Of a stretch of DNA of 64,000 nucleotides, positions 1 through 8,419 are shown piece after piece. The stretch's first letter is position 1; every line of letters begins with the position of its first letter. The stretch covers positions 224,001-288,000 of the forward strand of contig CAVTHO010000004.1 of the NCBI GenBank assembly GCA_963734545.1, read 5' to 3'. The notes under the pieces were generated by a model. It did no database searches, was not told the DNA's origin, and worked only from the letters and a program-made list of their open reading frames with translations. A program made the translations under genes and the position numbers. The DNA is from an uncultured Spirochaetota bacterium (lineage in GTDB: Bacteria > Spirochaetota > Spirochaetia > SZUA-6 > Fen-1364).

Positions 1-356
1 CGGTCCCCCAGCGCGTTGAACTCCTTGTAATTGATGGAAGAAACAGGCTGCAGGTTCAGCACGATGATCGGGACCTGCGTGCGCTGCGCAACGGGCAGCA
101 CCGTGTGGGACAGGGCGTACGTGGAGATGTAGAGGAATATCGCATCGACCTGGCGCTCGGTGAAAAGGCCCGCCGCGGAGAGGGCTTTTTCGGGAGTGTC
201 AACGAGACCGGCATCCACTACCTCCACGCGCTGCGAAGAGAGCCGCTCCGCGATATAGCCCTGGTAGCCCAGGAGCCGCTCCTTCAGTCCCTTGAATTGT
301 GGCCAATAGGTATCAAGGCCTATGCCGAACAGCCCGATCTTGCCGCGGTTTCCCAT
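1..356 (-). CDS. L-fucose/L-arabinose isomerase family protein, N-terminal part (runs off window start)
   Basis: Manual translation from ATG at 356: MGNRGKIGLFGIGLDTYWPQFKGLKERLLGY...VDAGLVDT...FLYISTYALSHTVLPV, a typical N-terminus of this family; divergent from the AraC gene; absent from the ORF track because it is truncated. Confidence 0.75.
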   Translation of the reverse strand, partial: MGNRGKIGLFGIGLDTYWPQFKGLKERLLGYQGYIAERLSSQRVEVVDAGLVDTPEKALSAAGLFTERQVDAIFLYISTYALSHTVLPVAQRTQVPIIVLNLQPVSSINYKEFNALGD

Positions 357-377
357 TCCGTCCTCGGATGATTATCC

Positions 378-464
378 ATGGAAGTCTCGACGCCGTGAAT
401 GGACTTTTCCTGCGCGCAGATGGAGGAAACCCGAAAAGATGGACAAAACTTGTCGAGAATGGGC
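378..464. promoter_or_regulatory. Periodic ATGG(A/G)N direct repeats, candidate AraC-family half-sites
   Basis: ATGGAA 378, ATGGAC 399, ATGGAG 420 (21-bp period), ATGGAC 439, ATGGGC 459, between the divergent isomerase and AraC genes. Confidence 0.4.
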
Positions 465-485
465 AAATGTCGTATAACAAAACGG

Positions 486-1385
486 ATGTCCCCGGGAGAG
501 CTGAAAAACAACAAGGCATTCTTCCGCTACCTCACCTACAGCGAAGAAGACGAGAAATGGCAGATCGTCTGCACGGACGCCGGGCACAACGAGGTGGGAC
601 CGAATACGATATACCCGCCGCACAAGGAAGGCCATCCGCCGCCTTTCCGGTCGGTCGCGGTGGGGCGGACCCTGGCCGAGTACCAGATCATCTACATTAC
701 CAAGGGACGCGGGGTCTTCGAAACCAACCACAGAACGCACGTCGTGGTGCCCGGGTCGATCATGATCATTTTCCCCGGGGTCCCGCACTTCTACAAGCCG
801 GAATACGAGGTGGGCTGGACCGAATACTGGGTGGGATTCAAGGGACCCCACGTGGACACCTTGTGCGAGCAGGGATTTCTTTCCCCCCGGAAGCCGCTGT
901 ACGAGGTGGGATTGCAGAACAGCCTGCTCGCGATCTACGCGCAGATCTTCGAGGTCGTCGAGAATCAGCGGCCCCTCTACCAGGTCAGGGCGAGCTCTCT
1001 CGTCCTCACCCTCATCGCGGAGATACTCGCGCACGAGCGGAAGAACGTCCAGTACACCCACTCGGAGCAGCTTGTCCAGAAAGCCCGGTTCCTGATGGAA
1101 GAGAATATCTACAACGAGATCAACCTCAACGCCATCGGCGAGATGCTCGGCGTGAGCACCTCGCATCTGAACGCGGTATTCAAGTCATACACGTCCATGA
1201 CGCCCTACCAGTACTTCATCAGCATCAAGATCAGGAAGGCAAAGGAGCTGCTGGAGAGCGGGGGTCTCGCGATCAAGGAAGTGGCGTTCCGCCTCGGGTT
1301 CGACGACCAGTACTACTTTTCACGCCTCTTCAAGAAAAAGGCGGGTATCCCGCCGTCGCGCTGGAGCTCATTCGTGCATCAGTAG
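486..1385 (+). CDS. AraC family transcriptional regulator
   Basis: N-terminal cupin-like domain (YQIIYITKGRG...FPGVPHFY) and C-terminal double HTH (IKEVAFRLGFDDQYYFSRLFKKKAG); start placed at the ATG at 486. Confidence 0.92.
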   Translation: MSPGELKNNKAFFRYLTYSEEDEKWQIVCTDAGHNEVGPNTIYPPHKEGHPPPFRSVAVGRTLAEYQIIYITKGRGVFETNHRTHVVVPGSIMIIFPGVPHFYKPEYEVGWTEYWVGFKGPHVDTLCEQGFLSPRKPLYEVGLQNSLLAIYAQIFEVVENQRPLYQVRASSLVLTLIAEILAHERKNVQYTHSEQLVQKARFLMEENIYNEINLNAIGEMLGVSTSHLNAVFKSYTSMTPYQYFISIKIRKAKELLESGGLAIKEVAFRLGFDDQYYFSRLFKKKAGIPPSRWSSFVHQ

Positions 1386-1406
1386 GGGCGGCGGAGGCGA
1401 AGCCGC

Positions 1407-2650
1407 CTACTTTGCGGCGCCGACGATGGAGTCGATGTCCGCGGCCGCTGATTCCAGGGCCTCTGCCACGCCTTCATCTCCCGAAAAGGCGGAGCGCAGC
1501 GCGCGGACCCAGCGCTCTCCGACCTTCAGGTAGCCCGGCACGGGCGTGATGAGAACCCGCGCGTCACTTTCAATAAGGCGCCGCGCCACGGCGTAGAAGT
1601 CACCCCACTGGGAGGCGAGCCTTCGGAAAAGGGGATCCTCCCAGGTGCTGCGCCGCGTGGGGTCCATGTTTCCCTCGAAGGCCGCACGCAGCAGGAACTG
1701 CTTGCCGGCCGCCCATTCGATGAAACGCCACGCGTTCTCCTTGTTCCGGGACCGGGAGTTCATCACGAGGGACCAGGTCCACAGGTTCGATACCCTGCGG
1801 CCCGAGGGCCCGAGGGGAGGCAGCGTATAGCCGACCTTTCCCTTGAGCGCGGACTTGGGATCCAGCTCGTAGAAAGCGACGTAATGGTCCGAGTCCACGA
1901 TCAACCCGTAGCGGCCGGCGGCGAAATCCATGGCAAGCTCATACCAGCGCTGACTCAGCCAGTCCGGGGGCCCTCCCCTGGCCAGCCCTTCCACGAACGC
2001 CGCGGTGGCGGCGATGCCGTCCGCGGAGGCGATTGCGCATCTGCCCTGGTCGTCGAAGTCGCGGGCGCCGTACGCCCAGAACTGGGTGGCGTAGCCCGTG
2101 TACATCGTGTGCCAGACCTGGGTGCCCCGCTGGGCGAATCCGCGCGTCAATCCCTTTGACCTCTGCTGAAGAAGCCCGGCGACTGCGAAGAACTGGTCCC
2201 ACGTGCGCGGAATCTCGCAGTGGTGCTGTTCCAGGAGGGCCGGCACGTACGCAAGGTTGTACGTCTCGCAATTCACCGGGATCTCCCACAGCGCGCCGGC
2301 ACCCAGCCGATCTCCGAGTTTTCCCGTCCATCGATTGTTCGTCAGGAGGGGCCCGAAGAAATCTTCGACGTCGAAATCGGCGCCGGCGCGCGCAAGGAAT
2401 GGATCGAGGGGTTCGACGTACTCGGCGCCGATGTGCTCCCACAGCAGCACCGGTCCCGACATGTAGACGTCGGCGCGATCCTCACCGTCCAGATACCCGT
2501 GGATCTCGTTGGAGAAGTAAAGATCGCTGGGGATTATCCGGAGATCGAGGTCCTGACCGGTGATCTGCCTGAACTCATCCGCATGACGGACCACTGAATC
2601 GACGAAGGCATCGGTATCCGGGCCGAAGAACCTGACCGGTGAGCTCGTAT
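1407..2650 (-). CDS. ABC transporter sugar-binding protein (SBP family 1), apparently without signal peptide
   Basis: ORF 1407-2594; the frame stays open upstream (TSSPVRFFGPDTDAFVDSV) to an AGGAGG RBS at 2655-2660, where the ATG appears to lack a base; C-terminus AWRFIEW...EALESAAADID. Confidence 0.75.
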
Positions 2651-2664
2651 CGTACCTCCTCTAG

Positions 2665-4300
2665 TCACGCAAGATACTTGGCCCTCAACGCCACCTTGTT
2701 GATCTTGCCGACGCTGGTTTTGTCTATTGCATCCACGAACCGTATCTTGATGAGGAAAGCCTCGCGGGGAAGCACGCCCTTGTCCGCGTAATTCTTCACG
2801 TGCGCGGACAGCTCCTTCTCCGCGACCTTCTGATCCTTTTTCAGCACGACGAGCGCCACGGGGATCTCTCCCCAGGTGACATCGGGCTGGCCGACGACCG
2901 CGGACTCCGCCACGGCCTGGTGCGTGGAGAGGATGTCTTCCAGCTCCAGCGAGGACAGCCACTCTCCTCCCACCTTGATGATGTCCTTGCTGCGGTCCGT
3001 GATGCGGACCGATCCGGCGGCGTTCATGCAGGCTATGTCCTGCGTATGCATCCAGCCGCCCTCCCAGAGCCTCTGCGAGTTTGTCTGGTCCTTGAGGTAC
3101 CCCTGGGTGAGCCACGGCGCGCGCACCACGATCTCGCCGCTCGCCTTGTCGTCCCGGGGCACTTCCCCGCCTTTCTCGATCGATGACCTTGAGGTTGACG
3201 AGGGCGAACGGCCTGCCGGTGCGGCAGCGCAGGTCCGCCTGTTCCTCCATTCCCAGCGTCAGCTGCTCCGTGCTGAGCTGGCTCAGCGTCAGGACCGGGC
3301 ACGATTCCGAAAGGCCGTAGCCGACGGAGACGTCCACTCCCCGCTTGAGCGCGGCGATTGCCACAGACTTCGGAAGGGCCGCGCCGCCGATGAGGACCCT
3401 CCAGCCGGAAAGGTCCACGGCCGCGGCCGCCGGGCTGTTCACCAGCATGTTCAGGATTGTGGGGACGCAGTGGGAGAAGGTGACCTTTTCTTCCGCAATC
3501 AGCTTGAGGAGGATTTCCGGCACGTACTTGCCGGGATAGACCTGCTTGACCCCGAGCATCGTCGCCACGTACGGGATGCCCCAGGCGTGCACGTGGAACA
3601 TCGGAGTCAGCGGCATGTACACGTCTTCCCGATGAAATCGGCCCTGCGTGACGGCGGTGCCGAGCGTGGCAATGGCGCCAAGGGTGTGCAGGACGAGCTG
3701 GCGATGGCTGAAGTACACCCCCTTGGGCATGCCCGTTGTACCGGTTGAATAGAACGTGGTGGCGCGCGTGTTTTCGTCGAAGTCGGGAAACTCCTTTATC
3801 GGCTCAGCGGATGCCAGGAGGGCTTCATACTCAGCGTCGAGCGTCACCGCGGGAGGAGTGCCGGTTTCATTGATGAGGACGAACTTCTTCACCGTGTCGA
3901 TTCGGCCCTTGATCTGGTCCAGGATCGGCAGAAAATCCGAGTTGACGATGATGACCGCGTCCTCGGCGTGGGAGATCGTGTAGACGAGCTGCTCCGCGGA
4001 GAGACGGACGTTGACCGTGTGCAGGACGGCGCCGATCATGGGAACGGCGAAGAAGCACTCCAGGTAGCGGTGGCTGTCCCAGTCCATCACGGCCACCGTA
4101 TCACCCGGCTTGACTCCGATTTTTCCAAGAGCCGTGGCGAGCCGGCGGACCCTCTCCTGGAACTGCCGGTAGGTGAAGCGCAGCGTCCCGCGATAGACGA
4201 TTTCCTGGTCGGGATTGTCTACCACGGGCCCGAACATGAGATTCTTGATCAGGAGGGGGTAGCCGTAGGCGGATTCAGTTTTGAAAATGAGATTCTCCAT
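2665..4300 (-). CDS. Fatty-acid--CoA ligase (AMP-binding, AlkK/DmdB-like), frameshifted near 3170
   Basis: YSTGTTGMPKGV and GYGLSE motifs in one frame; DRSKDIIKVGGEWLSSLELE and KTSVGKINK in the ORF 2665-3162. Confidence 0.88.
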
Positions 4301-4378
4301 TGTGTCTCCTCGGGGTGAGTGAAACCGAAATGTCGGATCTTGACAACCGGCAGCGCATGCGACTGGATCATATCCAGA

Positions 4379-5863
4379 TTGGAAAAGCCTCTGTACCTTT
4401 CCGCGTCCAGCCACTACAGCCTCTATCGCCCCACCCTCTGCGAAAGGCGCGTCTACCTTGCCGCGCATGGGGAGCCTTCGCCGCCGGCATCCGATTTCGA
4501 TGTCCTGCTGAGAGACCTGGGCGAGCGGCATGAAAAGGAGCACCTTGCCGCCTTTCCGCAGTACAAGGATTTGAGCGACGGAAATCTTGCGGACCGCGCG
4601 CAGCGCACGCGGGATGCGGTTGCGCACGCGGAGCCGGTGATCTACCAGGGAGCACTTCGCGCCGCGTTCCCGGGTTCCCGCGACATTGTGTCGGGCAGCC
4701 CGGATTTCATGATCCTCGACGGGCAAAGCTACCGCATACGGGACTGCAAGCTCGCGCGGAGCATGGGCAATGGCAGGCACCCGGAGATCGATCTCCAGCT
4801 CCAGACCTACGGGTGGCTCTTCGAAAGGACTTTCTCCAGGCCGCCGTCGGCGCTCGAGGCATATCTCGGGAACCGCACCATCAGCGCAACTCCCTACCGC
4901 GGCGCCGAGAGCGCAGTGAAAGAGATTGGCCGGATCCGCGAGCTCTCCCTTCGGGAGGACGAGCCCTATGATCCGGTCGGGTGGACAAAGTGCGGCGCGT
5001 GCGTCTTTCGCGAGCGGTGCTGGACCATGGCGGAAAAAGCGCATGACGTGTCCGTCATTTACCGGGTGGACAAGGGGACTGCGCGGGCGCTGCGTGACAG
5101 GGGGATCACGACCTGGGACCAGCTCCTGGACCGCATGGACGCCAGAGCGCTGGCCAGATTGAAAAGACCGTGGGGCCCCCGCACCCAGAAGGTCGGCGGG
5201 CAGGCTGCGCGGATTCTTGCGCAGGCCCGGGCGCTCGCGGAGGGCAGGGTCGTCAGGCTCGGCAGCTTCGATCTGCCGCGCGCGGCGAGCCTTGTCATGT
5301 TCGACCTGGAGGGCATTCCTCCCCAGTACGAGGAGCTGGACAAGGTGTACCTGTGGGGCATCCAGGTGTACGGACCCGCCGGCGCCGTCGGTCCCTACAC
5401 TCCGGCCACTGCCGGGTTCGGGCCTGAAGGGGACCGCGCAGGATGGGAGCGATTCCTCGCGAACGCGCGTGAGATCCTGAGAGAGCGCGGGGATGTCCCG
5501 TTCGTCCACTGGCACGACTACGAGAAGAACAAGCTCAGGGAGTATGTCGCACGGTACGGAGACCCGGACGGAACAGCGGCACGGGTCCTCGCCGCGTGTT
5601 TCGATCTCCTGCCGGTGGTGAGGGACTCCCTTGCGCTGCCCGTGCCGAGCTACAGCCTGAAGGCCGTAGAGGGACTTGCCGGATTCGAGCGGACGATGAA
5701 GGAGTTCGGAGGGGACTGGTCCATCGGCCGCTACATCCGCGCGGTGGAGAATGAAGACGAGGCGGAACGCCGCGCGATCATGGACGAGATCCTTCGCTAC
5801 AACGAGGAAGATCTCAAGGCAACGTGGGCTGTCTTCCAGTGGGTGAAGGGGCTAGCAGGGTAA
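4379..5863 (+). CDS. TM0106 family RecB-like nuclease with C-terminal RNase H-like domain
   Basis: SGSPDF...DCK and QLQTY RecB-type motifs; Cys set LCERR...KCGACVFRERC; HhH-like segment; FDLEG...YLWG...YSLK...YNEEDL; start uncertain (GTG 4319 or TTG 4379). Confidence 0.85.
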   Translation: MEKPLYLSASSHYSLYRPTLCERRVYLAAHGEPSPPASDFDVLLRDLGERHEKEHLAAFPQYKDLSDGNLADRAQRTRDAVAHAEPVIYQGALRAAFPGSRDIVSGSPDFMILDGQSYRIRDCKLARSMGNGRHPEIDLQLQTYGWLFERTFSRPPSALEAYLGNRTISATPYRGAESAVKEIGRIRELSLREDEPYDPVGWTKCGACVFRERCWTMAEKAHDVSVIYRVDKGTARALRDRGITTWDQLLDRMDARALARLKRPWGPRTQKVGGQAARILAQARALAEGRVVRLGSFDLPRAASLVMFDLEGIPPQYEELDKVYLWGIQVYGPAGAVGPYTPATAGFGPEGDRAGWERFLANAREILRERGDVPFVHWHDYEKNKLREYVARYGDPDGTAARVLAACFDLLPVVRDSLALPVPSYSLKAVEGLAGFERTMKEFGGDWSIGRYIRAVENEDEAERRAIMDEILRYNEEDLKATWAVFQWVKGLAG

Positions 5864-7208
5864 ATACTTCGAGGAGGGCGGAGTCGCCTCCCACGTTCCC
5901 GGGGAAAACGATGTAGGGAACGTCATTCCATTGCCCTTTGCCGGTCAGCCGCCAGACCGGAACACCCTTGATCACCTGGCCCAGTACATCTGCCGCCTCC
6001 ACCCCCAGGGCGCTCCGCGCGAGCTCGATGCTCGTGATCCCGCCCTTTGCAATGATATAGGCCGGTCTCCCCGTGATACGGCGCACCGTTTCACACAGGG
6101 CCGCCATGACTGCCTTGCCCGTTGCCAGGAAATCCTCGGACTGATCCCGCGTGCGGGAAGTGAAGATCACCGGTGTGGTCCCGCGCTCCAGGCACAGGCT
6201 TGCTTCACGCGCAATGCGTGCGACCTCCGGCGAGGATACCTGCAGCTCGATTCCCTGGACCCCCTTCGCGCGCAGGAGCATCTCGAGCTGCCGGGTGGTT
6301 TTCGTCACGTAGGAGCCGATGACGACGAGCCCTGCCCTTCCTTCCGGCTCGATCCCTTCCCGGGTCAGGAGAGGCCGGTCCTCGATACCCGCGCGCGCCT
6401 TTACGAAAGAGGCTGCCGTGCGATAGACAAAGCGTTTGCCGCGGCTTTCCGCCTCGATGACACCGAGCGCCAGCGCTTCCAGGTCTTCGTAACCGGCCGC
6501 ATTTGCGACGATCGGAATTCCTTTCTCCGCCCGGCAGAGGACCTCTGCAGCGAATGCAGGGCCCTTCAGCCTCAGCTCCCGGACCGGGATGCTCATGACG
6601 TCGCGGGCCTTCGTGTTCCCCCTGCTCTTTTCTTCCACCCAGTCCTTGAGGTTGCTGTGCCGGAAGCCAAAGTCAGGGTCGCGCGCGAACTCGGTCAGAT
6701 GCGCCGCAACGAGCTCCGTCCCCTCGTCGACCCAGTGGATGTCGTTGAGGGTATAGCGCCCCGCTTCGAAGAATGCGGGCACGAGGATGACGCCGTCGAT
6801 CGGACGGGAGAGCTCGGACACGAGCGCCGAGACCTCGGCGGGGAAATGGCCGCGCAGCGTGCTGTCGCTGCGCGAAGCCACCACGAAATCCACGGCCGCT
6901 GCCGCGGATGTTCTTTGCAGTGCGCGGCCCAGCTCCGCGGCAAGCCCCGCCGCCTGGGCCTCGGGAAGACTGCGGGAGTTCGTGGAGATATAGAATACGG
7001 GGTCCCCGCGGCGGAGCGCCGCGGCGAGCGTCGATTCCGACCAGTCCATGTAGACCCGCACCCCGTGAACCGTCTGTGTCCCGGTCGGGTCATCATCGAT
7101 CACGACGAGCCGCTTTCCCGACTTCTCGAGGCTGCTCCGGATCGCGCCGCGGGCGCCCGTGATTCTCATGGGCGCGGGAAGCTGCGACAGCGCGGCGGCA
7201 AGCGTCAT
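5814..7208 (-). CDS. Four-carbon acid sugar kinase family protein (DUF1537/YgbK-like)
   Basis: VIDDDPTGTQTVH, RSDSTLRGHF, AKGGITS and VFPGNVG motifs; ATGA overlap with the SET gene stop. Confidence 0.9.
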   Translation of the reverse strand: MTLAAALSQLPAPMRITGARGAIRSSLEKSGKRLVVIDDDPTGTQTVHGVRVYMDWSESTLAAALRRGDPVFYISTNSRSLPEAQAAGLAAELGRALQRTSAAAAVDFVVASRSDSTLRGHFPAEVSALVSELSRPIDGVILVPAFFEAGRYTLNDIHWVDEGTELVAAHLTEFARDPDFGFRHSNLKDWVEEKSRGNTKARDVMSIPVRELRLKGPAFAAEVLCRAEKGIPIVANAAGYEDLEALALGVIEAESRGKRFVYRTAASFVKARAGIEDRPLLTREGIEPEGRAGLVVIGSYVTKTTRQLEMLLRAKGVQGIELQVSSPEVARIAREASLCLERGTTPVIFTSRTRDQSEDFLATGKAVMAALCETVRRITGRPAYIIAKGGITSIELARSALGVEAADVLGQVIKGVPVWRLTGKGQWNDVPYIVFPGNVGGDSALLEVFTLLAPSPTGRQPTLP

Positions 7209-7648
7209 GCGCCCGAGCCGTTCCGCCCGTTCTTCCTTGCGCAATGGAGACAGGCGCACCCCCTGGGCTTTATGAACTCGTCGAAGTACTCTTTTCCATA
7301 ATCGTATGAGAGCTCTTCCCCCGCGGAGATGTTCCTCTTCGCGTATATGAAGATCTTCAACCGGGAAACCTGCGCCACGCAATTCGGCCTGCAGGAGTGA
7401 TTGATATAGCGGCTCAGGTTCTCCCGGCCGCTGCCGTCAACGGTCCATCGCTTGTTCACCTGGAAAAGGTAGCGGCTGTTGAGGAGATCCGCTTCCGCGT
7501 TCGGCAGGAGCCTGCCCGTGTACTCAATGACAAGGTCCCCTTTTGAAATGCGCCTGCTCGCGAAAAGCCCCAGCCCGATTGGCGTCCGTCTCAGGGCAAA
7601 CTTGCCGTTGGTTCCTCCCATATGAGTGGCATAGTTTGTATCAGACAT
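7205..7648 (-). CDS. SET domain protein-lysine N-methyltransferase with post-SET cysteines
   Basis: GLGLFA, IEYTG, RYINHSCRPNC, GEELSYDYG and post-SET CACLHC. Confidence 0.93.
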   Translation of the reverse strand: MSDTNYATHMGGTNGKFALRRTPIGLGLFASRRISKGDLVIEYTGRLLPNAEADLLNSRYLFQVNKRWTVDGSGRENLSRYINHSCRPNCVAQVSRLKIFIYAKRNISAGEELSYDYGKEYFDEFIKPRGCACLHCARKNGRNGSGA

Positions 7649-8291
7649 TCCCGCGCGATGCAATGGCGCAGCAACTCGTGTGCTTCCCGGAAGCTGCCGC
7701 AGGCCAGCCATGGGCCCAGGTGATCAAGAAACTCCTGGCGGGGCAGGGCGATGACCACGCGTGCGGTCATGAATGCCTGCGAGCCGCAATGGACCAGGAA
7801 CCCTCGGTCAACTACCCCCCGCTCAATACCGAGGCGCAGGGGCGCCCAATCCCGATTCCGAAGACCCTGGCCCTCCACGAACCGAAAGCCGACCGTCTCC
7901 CGTGGGGTGGATGCGACAAGGTCGATCTCTTCGCTTTGAAAGTCGTCGTGATGCGCTCTGTCAGGGAGGCTCGCAGCATGGCAAGGCTGCTGCCGCCAAG
8001 TGTCTCGATCAGCCGGCAATTCCGAAGCAGCACGTGAGGGGGCCGGCCTGCCAGGGACGGCAGCACACGGACCAGACCCGCAGTCTCGAGCGACGCAATG
8101 CGATGCAGGACCGTATGGTAGGAGATGTCGAGGCGTCGCCCGATTGCAGACGCATTCAGCGCCTGCCCATTGCAGGTGGCAATCTCCCGCAATATCTCCC
8201 GCGCAAGCGGCGTGCGCCATTCCAGCCAGTGCAGGCCCTGCGGATCCGCTGTCATCAACTGGTCGGATTTCCTCGTACGCATGCTCGCCAT
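7591..8291 (-). CDS. wHTH + DUF4143-like degenerate protein, frameshifted near 7945
   Basis: Frame 1: NGQALNASAIGRRLDISYHTVLHRIASLETAGLVRVLPS (wHTH as in AAA/DUF4143 proteins). Frame 2: EEIDLVASTPRETVGFRF...GFLVHCG...VIALP; no Walker motifs. Confidence 0.55.
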
Positions 8292-8302
8292 TGGTGAAAA
8301 CG

Positions 8303-8333
8303 CGGAATTTAGAACTGGCACTTCTAAATTCCG
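8303..8333. promoter_or_regulatory. Perfect 12-7-12 inverted repeat, candidate operator
   Basis: CGGAATTTAGAA-ctggcac-TTCTAAATTCCG in the AT-rich divergent intergenic region. Confidence 0.65.
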
Positions 8334-8419
8334 TAAAATCGCAAGGCTTGCGGGTCGGTCATCGGAAAATCGCAGCCGGTACCGCGGCGGCCTGACCATT
8401 TTTCCGATAATGGGGTATA

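Noticed and set aside
2534-5515. 993-aa ORF in the ORF track
   Set aside because: Chimera of the antisense frame of the TM0106 gene and the true acyl-CoA ligase starting at 4300, running out of frame after ~3170
4379-5863. Possible cas4 gene
   Set aside because: No cas1/cas2 or array; the extra HhH and RNase H-like domains fit the TM0106 family
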